This document shows positions 17,911 to 30,442 of a stretch of DNA of 64,000 bases, one piece after another (position 1 is the stretch's first letter; every line of letters begins with the position of its first letter). The stretch lies in the sequence record DRR378314_391; one strand, given 5' to 3'. The translations under genes were made by a program, and so were the position numbers. Below the pieces are notes generated by a model. The model had not been told where the DNA came from and ran no database searches. It worked only from the letters and a program-made list of their open reading frames with translations.

Positions 17911-19473
17911 TCATTCCCACTCAATCGTTCCGGGTGGCTTCGAGGTGACGTCGTAGACGACGCGGTTGACGCCTTTTACCTCGTTGATAATGCGCGTGGC
18001 CACGCGGCCGAGGAAGTCGTGTTCGAACGGGTAATAATCCGCCGTCATACCATCGGTTGAGGTCACGGCGCGCAGGGCGAGCACGGCTTCATAAGTACGC
18101 TCGTCGCCCATCACGCCGACCGTGTTCACAGGCAACAGCACGCTGAAGGCCTGCCAGATTTCATCATAGAGCCCGGCCTTGCGAATTTCGTCGATATAGA
18201 TCGCATCCGCCTTGCGCAGCGTATCGGCCTTCTCCCGTGTGATCTCACCCGGAATGCGGATGGCAAGGCCCGGTCCCGGGAATGGATGCCGCCCGATAAA
18301 GCTTTCCGGCAGCCCAAGCTCGCGGCCCAGCGCGCGCACTTCATCCTTGAACAATTCACGCAGCGGCTCGACCAGCTTCATGTTCATGCGTTCAGGCAGG
18401 CCACCGACATTGTGGTGGCTCTTGATCGTGACACTTGGCCCGCCCAGGGCCGACACGCTCTCAATGACATCTGGGTACAGAGTGCCCTGCGCCAGGAAGT
18501 CCGCCCCGCCGATCTTCTTTGCCTCTTCCTCGAACACGTCGATGAACAGGCCGCCAATGATCTTGCGCTTGCGTTCGGGGTCCGACACGCCGTCCAGCTT
18601 GCCCAGGAACAGGTCAGACGCGTCCACATGTACCAGCGGAATGTTGTAATGCTCGCGGAACAGGGTCACCACCTGCTCGCTTTCGCCCTGGCGCATCAGG
18701 CCGTGGTCGACATAGACGCAGGTCAGCTGGTCACCAATCGCTTCATGGATCAACACCGCTGCAACGGAGGAATCCACGCCGCCTGACAGGCCGCAGATCA
18801 CACGACCCTTGCCCACCTGTTCGCGGATCTTCTCGATGGCCTCGGCGCGGTACGCCGCCATCGTCCAGTCGCCCTTCAGGCCAGCAACACCATGTGTGAA
18901 ATTGCGGAGCAGCTCACGACCATGCACCGTATGCACGACTTCCGGGTGGAACTGCGTGCCGTAAAATTTCCGCTCGGGGTTCGCGATAATCGCATAGGGC
19001 GCGCCCGGCGATTTTGCGATCACACCGAAGCCCGGCGCCATCTCGGCGACATGATCACCATGGCTCATCCAGACCTGCTCACTATCGCCCGCGTGGAACA
19101 GGTCTGACAGGATCGGATCATCGACAACTTTTTCGATGAAGGCACGGCCAAATTCGCGGCTCGTGCCGCTTTCCACCTTGCCGCCCAGCTGCTGCATCAT
19201 CACCTGCTGGCCATAGCAAATGCCCAGCACGGGTACACCCAGCTCAAAGATGGCGTCATCGGCGCGTGGGCTGTCTTCCCAGGTCACGCTGGACGGGCCA
19301 CCGGACAGGATCACCGCCTGCGGGCCATAAGCGTCGAGAAAGGCGCCATTGACCTTGTTGAACGGGTGAATTTCACAATAGACGCCGCTCTCGCGCAGGC
19401 GCCGTGCAATCAGCTGCGTCACCTGGCTGCCGAAATCGACAATGAGGGCGCGTTCATGTCTTTGCTCAGTCAT
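17911..19473 (-). CDS. guaA: GMP synthase (glutamine-hydrolysing)
   Basis: [33 protein letters not shown]. Confidence 0.98.
   Translation of the reverse strand: MTEQRHERALIVDFGSQVTQLIARRLRESGVYCEIHPFNKVNGAFLDAYGPQAVILSGGPSSVTWEDSPRADDAIFELGVPVLGICYGQQVMMQQLGGKVESGTSREFGRAFIEKVVDDPILSDLFHAGDSEQVWMSHGDHVAEMAPGFGVIAKSPGAPYAIIANPERKFYGTQFHPEVVHTVHGRELLRNFTHGVAGLKGDWTMAAYRAEAIEKIREQVGKGRVICGLSGGVDSSVAAVLIHEAIGDQLTCVYVDHGLMRQGESEQVVTLFREHYNIPLVHVDASDLFLGKLDGVSDPERKRKIIGGLFIDVFEEEAKKIGGADFLAQGTLYPDVIESVSALGGPSVTIKSHHNVGGLPERMNMKLVEPLRELFKDEVRALGRELGLPESFIGRHPFPGPGLAIRIPGEITREKADTLRKADAIYIDEIRKAGLYDEIWQAFSVLLPVNTVGVMGDERTYEAVLALRAVTSTDGMTADYYPFEHDFLGRVATRIINEVKGVNRVVYDVTSKPPGTIEWE
17915..17922 (-). 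other. att core GAGTGGGA at the guaA 3' end
   Basis: Encodes EWE of guaA; matches the repeat known for guaA-targeting islands; partner repeat not seen in the window. Confidence 0.7.
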
Positions 19474-19571
19474 GGCGCCCGATAGCCGAGACGGACAGAT
19501 TCGTCCACATCTTAAGGGCTGTTCCACTGCCCCTATTGACGGTTTGGGGCAAAGCGGCTGACCTTCCGGGC

Positions 19572-20618
19572 ATGACTGACACGCTTTCACTCGCCGAATT
19601 GAAACAAACCGCGATGGATCGCGCCCGTGCGGGCGATTGGGCCGGATCAGCTGATGCGCTCCGCACCATACTTGCGCAGGCCCCGAATGATCTGGGCAGC
19701 CTGCTCCTGCTCGGCGATGTCAGTCATTCCAGTGGCGACACACAATCGGCATCAGACGCCTATCGCGCGGCCTTGTCCCTTGCGGCGCAGGTCGCGAATT
19801 TACCCCCGCCGGTTCAGGCCGGTCTCCAGCGCGCTCAGACCCGGCTGGCGGAGTATGCCTCAGACTACGCCGCGCGCCTCGATGGTCTGATCCCGCCGGA
19901 CGAGCGCTCCGCCCGCTTTGCCCAGTCGCTTGACATCCTGCTGGGCCGCCAGCGCATCTACCTGCAAGAGCCTCGGCGTTACTATTTCCCCGGCCTGCCC
20001 CAGATCCAGTTCTATGATCCCGGCGCGTTCGACTGGGTGCCGGATCTGGAAGCCAAAACCCCAGTGATCCAGAGCGAACTCCGCGCCGTCCTCGCCGAAG
20101 ATCAGGCGAGCTTCCGCCCCTATATCGAACGCACAATTGGTCATCTAGGCGCGCAGGATCATCACCTGCTCGAAAACATGGATTGGAGTGCTTTCTATCT
20201 TTGGAAAGACGGCAAGAAGGTCGAGGAAAATTGCGCCCTCTGCCCCGTGACCACGGCAGCGCTGGAACGGGTGCCGCTCGATTTTGCCGACGGCAAATGC
20301 CCGTCGGTTCTGTTCTCTGTCCTGAAACCCGGCGCACACATACCGCCGCACAATGGCATGGTGAACACGCGCCTGATCTGCCATCTGCCGCTGATCGTCC
20401 CCGGCCCGGCCTGGCTACGCGTCGGCAGCGAAACGCATCACTGGCAGGAAGGGAAGATCGTCATCTTTGATGACACGATAGAGCATGAGGCGAAGAACGA
20501 GGCCGACCAGACGCGCATTGTGCTGCTGTTCGACATCTGGCGTCCAGAACTGACCGAACAGGAACGACGCGAAATCTCCTCCCTGCTCGGCGCCATCGAC
20601 AATTTCAACGACAGCTAG
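19572..20618 (+). CDS. TPR-containing aspartyl/asparaginyl beta-hydroxylase domain protein
   Basis: N-terminal TPR-like helices; [31 protein letters not shown]. Confidence 0.88.
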   Translation: MTDTLSLAELKQTAMDRARAGDWAGSADALRTILAQAPNDLGSLLLLGDVSHSSGDTQSASDAYRAALSLAAQVANLPPPVQAGLQRAQTRLAEYASDYAARLDGLIPPDERSARFAQSLDILLGRQRIYLQEPRRYYFPGLPQIQFYDPGAFDWVPDLEAKTPVIQSELRAVLAEDQASFRPYIERTIGHLGAQDHHLLENMDWSAFYLWKDGKKVEENCALCPVTTAALERVPLDFADGKCPSVLFSVLKPGAHIPPHNGMVNTRLICHLPLIVPGPAWLRVGSETHHWQEGKIVIFDDTIEHEAKNEADQTRIVLLFDIWRPELTEQERREISSLLGAIDNFNDS

Positions 20619-20620
20619 GC

Positions 20621-21928
20621 TCAGCCCGCCTTGCGCAGAACGGCGAAGAAGAAGCCGTCTGTCCCGGCCCGGCGCGGGGTCAGGCGCACACTGCCTGTCG
20701 GGGCACGGAATTTCCGGATCATGGCCGCGCCGTCTTCGGTCAGCAAGCCTGAAGCGATTGCCGCCTCTGCCGCGTCTTCCTCACTGAAGTCAGCGTGGGA
20801 AGACAGGAAGTTCGCCACGCGGTCCTCGTCTTCCTCGATCAGGAAGGAACAGGTTGCGTAGACCAGCCGCCCGCCCGGCTTCACATACTGGCTCGCCGCG
20901 GCCAGAATCTCGTCCTGCTCGCCCATGCGCTTCTCTAGCTGGCGTTCTTTCAGCCGCCATTTGGCATCCGGTCGGCGACGCCAGGTGCCCGTGCCTGTGC
21001 AGGGCGCATCCACGAACACGCAATCCATCTGGCCGGTCAAATCGCTTAATTGGGTTGGCTCGCTAGGGTGAACCAGTTGCACATTGTGCGCGCCCGAGCG
21101 CTTCAGGCGCGGGATCAGTGCCGACAGGCGACGCCCATCAATGTCATAGGCAAAGATCTGCCCCTTGCCCTGCATCTGCGAGGCCATGGCCAGCGTCTTG
21201 CCGCCGCCACCTGCGCAATAGTCCAGCACCTGCTCGCCCGGCTGGGCGTTGGCGGCTGCCGCGGCGATCTGCGATCCGGCATCCTGCACCTCCACCCAGC
21301 CCTTGGAATAGGCCGGGATGCTCTCAAGTGACGCTTCGCGCTCACTCGGATCGCGCGCCGGAATATGAAACGCATTGACCAGGAGCGGGGAAGCTTCTGC
21401 CTTGGCGCTACGTAGCGGCTGGGCCGCTTTCTCGGCATCCACTTTCAGCGTGTTCACACGAAGGTCCACATCAGCGCGCACAGCCATGGCCGGTGCCTCG
21501 ACGGCGGCCTCTTCGCCAAACACGCGCGCCATCATCGGCGCCATCCATTCCGGATAGTCGCCCTGCACATGCGGCGGGGCAACCGGGTCTGGGGCCATCA
21601 CCAACCGCTCGCGCTCTTCCAGCGTCAGCTTGCTGGGCGCATGGTCTTCATCCATCGCGGCATCAATCTGGCGGATGTTCCAGCCCCAGGCATGCGCCAG
21701 CGCACCCAGGATCAGGCCGCGCGGGCTGTCATCGCCCATCGCATGGGCAATCGAGTTCTTCTTCCGCAGTGCATCCAGCACCAGGCCGCTGACCCAGGCC
21801 CGGTCCTTCGATCCGGCATAGCGCGCACGCTTACCCCAATCCCGCGCAGCCGATTTCACCGGCTGGTGCCGGGTCAGCACGTCGTTCAGGACGTCAATTG
21901 CCGCTGCGATGCGTCCGCCATTGCGCAT
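20621..21928 (-). CDS. RsmB/NOP family RNA m5C methyltransferase
   Basis: DYCAGGGGKT, DAPCTGTG, YATCS, DGFF. Confidence 0.92.
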   Translation of the reverse strand: MRNGGRIAAAIDVLNDVLTRHQPVKSAARDWGKRARYAGSKDRAWVSGLVLDALRKKNSIAHAMGDDSPRGLILGALAHAWGWNIRQIDAAMDEDHAPSKLTLEERERLVMAPDPVAPPHVQGDYPEWMAPMMARVFGEEAAVEAPAMAVRADVDLRVNTLKVDAEKAAQPLRSAKAEASPLLVNAFHIPARDPSEREASLESIPAYSKGWVEVQDAGSQIAAAAANAQPGEQVLDYCAGGGGKTLAMASQMQGKGQIFAYDIDGRRLSALIPRLKRSGAHNVQLVHPSEPTQLSDLTGQMDCVFVDAPCTGTGTWRRRPDAKWRLKERQLEKRMGEQDEILAAASQYVKPGGRLVYATCSFLIEEDEDRVANFLSSHADFSEEDAAEAAIASGLLTEDGAAMIRKFRAPTGSVRLTPRRAGTDGFFFAVLRKAG

Positions 21929-22000
21929 GGGAATAGCCTCTCGGGTCTCTGCAAACCGCCCTGATACCGTGCAAATCGGGCCAGGGAAACCGGCAAAGGC

Positions 22001-22903
22001 TTAACCGGCTGCGTCCAGCACGCGCGCCGCCATCGCCTGGCCGCTCTCAATGGCGTGGCTTGCAAGGTCTCCCAGCGCCCAATCCCCCCCAGCGATCAGG
22101 CTGGCTTCGGCATTCGCAACGAAGGGGCGGCCCAGCGGCGTGCGCACCCGCGCATAGCGCCAACGATGGGCCGCAAGATAGTCTGGCTCTCCCGGCACAT
22201 CCGCCTGCTCCCGGAACGCGTCGAACAGCGCCTGCGCGGCATCATCTTTCTCAAGCTCCAGATTGGACTCGCTCCAGGCTTCGCTGGCGTGCACTGTCCA
22301 GCGCTCCAGCCCCGTCTGCCCCGGCTTGGCCAGCATTGGTATGGCTTTCGACAGCGCCCCCTCAAGCGGCAACACCTCTTGCTCCAGTCCCGTCGGATCG
22401 GCGAAGGCCAGCAACAGCGTCCAGAGGGGTGACATCTTCGCCGTCGCAATCCCGTCGGCAAGCCCCGCATCCGCCGCGGTCAACGCCGCAGCCTGTACCG
22501 GCGGCGCGGTGACAAGCACGCGGTCAAACACGCCCAGGCTCGCGCCCGCCTGATCGGTCAACGCCCAGGCCGCTCCAGCGCGCATCAGTGGCTGCACCTC
22601 CACCTGCGTGCGGATCTCCAATCCGTCTGACAGCTTTCGCGCCAGCGCGCTCACGCCCGGCAGTCCGGTCTGGCGCATGCTGGCATCCGCGCCCGGCCAC
22701 GCCTCGCCGTCGATCGCCACGTTCTCCGGAATGCCGGGCGCGCCGTGATCGATCGGCCCAAACTCTGTGCGCCGCGTCGCCAGACGACCGCCAAGACCGC
22801 GGCTTTTCTCGAACACGACCGGCGAGTGCCCCGCCGCCGTCAAGGCGCGCGCCGCGCTCAGGCCCGCTAGGCCCGCCCCGATAATGGCTATCCGCTCTGT
22901 CAT
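22001..22903 (-). CDS. Renalase-like FAD-dependent oxidoreductase
   Basis: IIGAGLAG, FEKSRGLGGRLATRR, DHGA, HRWRYA, GDW. Confidence 0.88.
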   Translation of the reverse strand: MTERIAIIGAGLAGLSAARALTAAGHSPVVFEKSRGLGGRLATRRTEFGPIDHGAPGIPENVAIDGEAWPGADASMRQTGLPGVSALARKLSDGLEIRTQVEVQPLMRAGAAWALTDQAGASLGVFDRVLVTAPPVQAAALTAADAGLADGIATAKMSPLWTLLLAFADPTGLEQEVLPLEGALSKAIPMLAKPGQTGLERWTVHASEAWSESNLELEKDDAAQALFDAFREQADVPGEPDYLAAHRWRYARVRTPLGRPFVANAEASLIAGGDWALGDLASHAIESGQAMAARVLDAAG

Positions 22904-22991
22904 AGGCGTCTCCCTGTTACCAAGGCTGACCTAGGGCGGCCTCTGGTCAAGTCCCGTCAAAAATGCCGTAATGCCCGCAAGGGAGACACTT

Positions 22992-23599
22992 ATGCTGCAA
23001 CTGGACCTGCCGGGCGGCCTGCCGCGCGCCGCCCCATCGGATTGGCGACAGCTGGGGGACATCACCGCCGAGGCTTTTTCGGAAGATCCGATCAATCGCT
23101 GGATTTTCGGCACGGACGCCGCAATGAAGGCAACCTTCAGACAGCTTGCGCGGGACATCTACCTGCCACATGGCATCTGCCACATGATGGGGGATGACGC
23201 GGCAACCATGTGGAGCCTGTCTGACACACGCCAGGGCATGTCCGGCTTTCAGACCCTGCGGCTTGTCTGGTCCCTGATGAGCAAGGGATCAAAAGGCGCC
23301 ATGAAGCGCGCGATGGGCGCGGGAGAGATCATGGCGAAGCATCATCCCTCAGACCCGCACCTCTACCTCTTCACCATCGGCACACGGAAGGCCGCGCGCG
23401 GCACCGGGCTCGGCAAGGCAATCCTGCGCCCCATGCTGGACGCCGCCGACCGTGCGGGCCTGCCCTGCTATCTGGAAAACACCAACCCCGCCAATTCCGG
23501 CTTCTATATGAGCCACGGCTTTGAACGGACGGAGGTGTTTGAAGTGGGGGAAGGCTCGCCGCCCATGGAGGCGATGTGGCGGGAGGTGAAGACCACGAA

Positions 23600-23603
<4 letters not shown>
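22992..23603 (+). CDS. GNAT-family N-acetyltransferase
   Basis: HLYLFTIGT..ARGTGLG, CYLE..N..FY..HGF. Confidence 0.88.
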
Positions 23604-26985
<3,382 letters not shown>

Positions 26986-26996
26986 GAGGGGTGGCG

Positions 26997-27416
26997 CTAG
27001 TCGACGCAGAGCATGGGCGTCGCTCGCCCGTGCTCGACTGTGGCGTAACAGCCAAACGGCGTATCGGTGACCTGGCATGTCCCGGTCACCTTCACGTCCT
27101 GGCCCGGCATGTCAGCGGATGAGGTCAGACGGCACTGGCCAAGGCAATCGGAATTGTCCGAACACGCCTTACCTGCATCCGCAAACCTTTGTATGCATTG
27201 TTCCCATCCCAACAGGCCATCCCGTGCGACAGTCCCGCCTGCAGCTTCACAGCTGGCGCGTTCGGTCGGGGTGGCGCGCTCTCCCGCGAACTGGATCTTT
27301 TCATAAGGATCCGCACCCGACTCGAACCCGCGCCCATCGGCGTAAACGTCCTGCAAATAGGCGCAACTGGCCAAGGCCAGCGCTGACAACGCGCTCAGAA
27401 AAATCCGGCCAAGCAT
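26997..27416 (-). CDS. Cys-rich lipoprotein of unknown function
   Basis: Lipobox LASC, SD GGAGG, eight further Cys (DAGKACSDNSDCLGQC...FGCY...LCVD). Confidence 0.8.
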   Translation of the reverse strand: MLGRIFLSALSALALASCAYLQDVYADGRGFESGADPYEKIQFAGERATPTERASCEAAGGTVARDGLLGWEQCIQRFADAGKACSDNSDCLGQCRLTSSADMPGQDVKVTGTCQVTDTPFGCYATVEHGRATPMLCVD

Positions 27417-27620
27417 CCCAAACCCTCCACTCACAAAATGCAATCCTTTGCAATTTCTGGAGCCCGCCAATCCGTATGCGCCCCAATCGGTATCGTTAAC
27501 CGTAACGCTGTGAAAACGCCTGCGCAACTCACGAGAAAATTGGAACCAGATACCCTGCTTTTGCATAGTCCTTGCATAGACCCATCATTCAACAGGACCC
27601 TTTTATTCGTGGCACGCGCT

Positions 27621-27914
27621 ATGTCTCCCAATCGCCAGATCATCGGCACCTCTCCCATCTCCGTGGATGATGCGATTGATCGTGCACTTGTGCTGGCACG
27701 GGACACTTACGGTGAGCCAGACTGGTTCGAAGTGTCGAATACGCGCGGTTTCATCAAGGATGGACGGGTCACGCATTACCAGGTCAGCGTCGAGATCGGC
27801 TATGATCCGGTGTGTGCCAATCCGGGCCGCAATCCCGATCACTATCTCAATTCCGTGATTGATAATCGCCGCCGCAATCGCCGCGTGCCGAACACGATCG
27901 ACCGCCGCTTCTAG
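27621..27914 (+). CDS. Dodecin (flavin-binding) with C-terminal extension
   Basis: IIGTSP.S.DDAI, DWFEV..TRG.I.DG.V.HYQV..EIGY. Confidence 0.8.
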   Translation: MSPNRQIIGTSPISVDDAIDRALVLARDTYGEPDWFEVSNTRGFIKDGRVTHYQVSVEIGYDPVCANPGRNPDHYLNSVIDNRRRNRRVPNTIDRRF

Positions 27915-28621
27915 CGGCCCTTGAACCCCTTCGCGACAACGAAGATCTCCGGGCTGCCCGCGCGACTGGACGGGGGCTTTATATGCTTAACGGTCTTGAA
28001 GTACGCCTTCAGCGTTTCGAGCACTTCCTTTGTTGCCCCACCCTGGAAGACTTTCGAACAGAAGCTGCCGCCCGGTGCCAGATGCTCAACTGCGAACGCC
28101 ACGGCCATCTCGACCAGCGCGACCGTGCGCAAATGATCTGTCTGCTTATGCCCGGTCGTATTCGCCGCCATGTCTGACAAGACGAGGTCCGGCGCCCCGC
28201 TCAAGCCCTTCAGCATGGCCTCGACATCTTCAGGATTGGTCACATCCCCTTCGATGATGTGCGCGCCCTCCATCGGCTCCACCGGCAGCAGGTCGATGCC
28301 GACCACTTCCAGCGCGCCCTTCTTGACCGCCACCTGCATCCAGCCACCCGGCGCACAGCCCAGATCAACGACCCGCTGACCCTTGCGCAACAGATCCATC
28401 TTCTCGTCGATTTCGAGCAGCTTGTAGGCCGCCCGTGCACGATAGCCTTCATCCTTGGCCTTGCGCACATAGGGGTCCTGCAACTGGCGCTCGATCCAGC
28501 GTTTGGAGCTTTCATTCTTTGCGCGGTGCGCAATCACCTTCCGCTCGCTCATCTGGCGGCCGGACGTGTTCTTGCTTTCCTTGCCGGGGCCTTTCCAGCG
28601 GCGTTTTCCGTCGTCACTCAT
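27911..28621 (-). CDS. rlmE: 23S rRNA Um2552 methyltransferase RlmE
   Basis: YRARAAYKL, DLGCAPGGW, LSDMA, KPPSSR. Confidence 0.95.
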   Translation of the reverse strand: MSDDGKRRWKGPGKESKNTSGRQMSERKVIAHRAKNESSKRWIERQLQDPYVRKAKDEGYRARAAYKLLEIDEKMDLLRKGQRVVDLGCAPGGWMQVAVKKGALEVVGIDLLPVEPMEGAHIIEGDVTNPEDVEAMLKGLSGAPDLVLSDMAANTTGHKQTDHLRTVALVEMAVAFAVEHLAPGGSFCSKVFQGGATKEVLETLKAYFKTVKHIKPPSSRAGSPEIFVVAKGFKGR

Positions 28622-28622
28622 A

Positions 28623-29753
28623 TTAATTCTCCGCCGATGGGCTGGACGTCTGGGTTGGGGCTGCCTCGCCCGCGCCGCCACCGCGTTTGCGTCCGCCCCT
28701 GCGACGCCGCGCCGGTTTCTTGCCATACATCATGCTCAGCAACAGGCCTTCGCGCAGCCCTCGGTCACCAACACGCAGTCGCCCGGCCGGATAGGCCCGC
28801 CACAGCGCGTCCAGGATAGCACATCCTGCCAGCATCAGTCCGGCGCGTTCCTCACCGATCGTCGGCAGCGCCGCGCGGCCATCCGGCCCCGCTGCACGCA
28901 GCATGTTCAGCACTTCTTCGCCGGACTTGCGGCTCATCCATGTGCCGTCAACGCGATCCCGGCGGTACCGGTCCAGTTTCAGGTACACACCCGCCAGGCA
29001 CGTCACCGTGCCGGATGTTCCGATCAGGTGCGCCCCGCGCAGGCCCATTGCAGACCGGATGGCCTTGGTGCCCTTCCAGTCCTCGATCACCTCGCTGCAA
29101 TGGTCCAGCATCGCCTGATAGGCCTCAGCGTCCGGCAGGTGCGCATAGGCTTCGGTCAGGGTGACCACCCCCAGCGGCAGGCTCGTCCAGTTCTGGATCG
29201 GGGCGCGCTTGATCAGACCATTCAGCCCATTGGCGCGGGCCAATTCTGCATTCAACCAGGACAGCTCTGTCGAGCCGCCGCCAATGTCCACTACCAGAAC
29301 CGATGGCGCATCCTCGCCAATCAGGTCATGGCAGCCGATACTGGCCAGACGCGCCTCTTCCTTCGCGCCGATGATCTTGAAGGTGAGCCCGGTTTCCTTG
29401 TGCACGCGCTCAATGAATTCCGCGCCATTCTCGGCCTTGCGACAGGCCTCAGTCGCGATGCAGCGCACCTTGCCCACGCCATGCGACTTCAGCTTGCGGC
29501 GGATCGCCTTCAGCGCATCAAGCGCGCGTTCTATGGAAGCGTCGGACAGCCGTCCGGTTTCGTGCAATCCCTCGCCCAGCCGGGCAATCTGGGAATGCGA
29601 GTCCACGACACGAAAGGTCTTTCCGTGCGGGGCGGCCACCAGGAGGCGGCAATTATTTGTTCCCAAGTCCACCGCCGCATACAGGTCGGAAGGCTTGGCG
29701 GGTCGCGATCGGCTGCGTTTTCCGCGCCGCACCGCTGATTTTTTATCAGCCAT
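28623..29753 (-). CDS. Ppx/GppA family phosphatase
   Basis: DLGTNNCRL, ATEACR, DIGGGSTE, GLREG. Confidence 0.92.
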   Translation of the reverse strand: MADKKSAVRRGKRSRSRPAKPSDLYAAVDLGTNNCRLLVAAPHGKTFRVVDSHSQIARLGEGLHETGRLSDASIERALDALKAIRRKLKSHGVGKVRCIATEACRKAENGAEFIERVHKETGLTFKIIGAKEEARLASIGCHDLIGEDAPSVLVVDIGGGSTELSWLNAELARANGLNGLIKRAPIQNWTSLPLGVVTLTEAYAHLPDAEAYQAMLDHCSEVIEDWKGTKAIRSAMGLRGAHLIGTSGTVTCLAGVYLKLDRYRRDRVDGTWMSRKSGEEVLNMLRAAGPDGRAALPTIGEERAGLMLAGCAILDALWRAYPAGRLRVGDRGLREGLLLSMMYGKKPARRRRGGRKRGGGAGEAAPTQTSSPSAEN

Positions 29754-29804
29754 AGTGTGGCCCAAGTTTTATCGTTGATGCATGGTGTACCACAGGAGTG
29801 GGAA

Positions 29805-30257
29805 ATGGCCAGACGCACAACGCTCTTGGAGAAGCTGCAACGCAGCATCGGGCTCGGTCGCCGCAAGGAGGCCGAGGATCCGCTATTGCTGGACAAGCCG
29901 CTGAATCGAGAGCAGCGTTACAACGACATCACGCCCCTTCTGGCCAAGTTCCAGATCGGCCAGGTCGTGCGCCATCGCCACTTCCCGTTTCGCGGGATCA
30001 TCTTTGATGTGGACCCGGTCTTCGCCAATACCGACGAATGGTACGAATCCATTCCCGAAGAAGTGCGCCCGCGCAAGGACCAGCCCTTCTACCATCTGTT
30101 TGCCGAGAATGAGCGCACACACTACGTCGCCTATGTCTCCGAACAAAACCTGATCATCGACGATTCTGAAACGCCGCTCAGCCATCCGGACATTCAGGAA
30201 TGGTTCAACGAGACCGGCCGGGGCCGCTACGAGCTCAAGAAGGGCGTCGCCAACTGA
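29805..30257 (+). CDS. hspQ: Heat shock protein HspQ
   Basis: KFQIGQVVRHRHFPFRG..FDVDP, DQPFYHL, AYVSEQNL. Confidence 0.92.
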   Translation: MARRTTLLEKLQRSIGLGRRKEAEDPLLLDKPLNREQRYNDITPLLAKFQIGQVVRHRHFPFRGIIFDVDPVFANTDEWYESIPEEVRPRKDQPFYHLFAENERTHYVAYVSEQNLIIDDSETPLSHPDIQEWFNETGRGRYELKKGVAN

Positions 30258-30259
30258 CG

Positions 30260-30442
30260 CTAGTTTGCCGGCCCATCCGGCGCGCCGGCCCCCGACAAGC
30301 AAGCAATCACCTCATCCCAGTGCGCCAGGGCCTCCGCGTCTCCCTGCGCCGCGACTTCTGCGGCACGCAGCGTTGCGATGACTTCGGCATCATCGCCGTA
30401 CTGGCGCAGCAGCTGCGCCGCCACTTGTGCAGCCTGGCTCAT
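30260..30442 (-). CDS. Small hypothetical protein
   Basis: ATGA overlap with the hldE stop; helical LLRQYGDDA...W pattern. Confidence 0.65.
   Translation of the reverse strand: MSQAAQVAAQLLRQYGDDAEVIATLRAAEVAAQGDAEALAHWDEVIACLSGAGAPDGPAN

Larger units (their letters stand above)
1..17922. mobile_element. Integrative conjugative element (Trb/MPF-T type) integrated at the guaA 3' end; left boundary outside the window
   Basis: traG plus trb operon, DUF2274/DUF736, HipA TA, alpA and a tyrosine integrase directly downstream of guaA; GAGTGGGA core in the last guaA codons. Confidence 0.9.
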
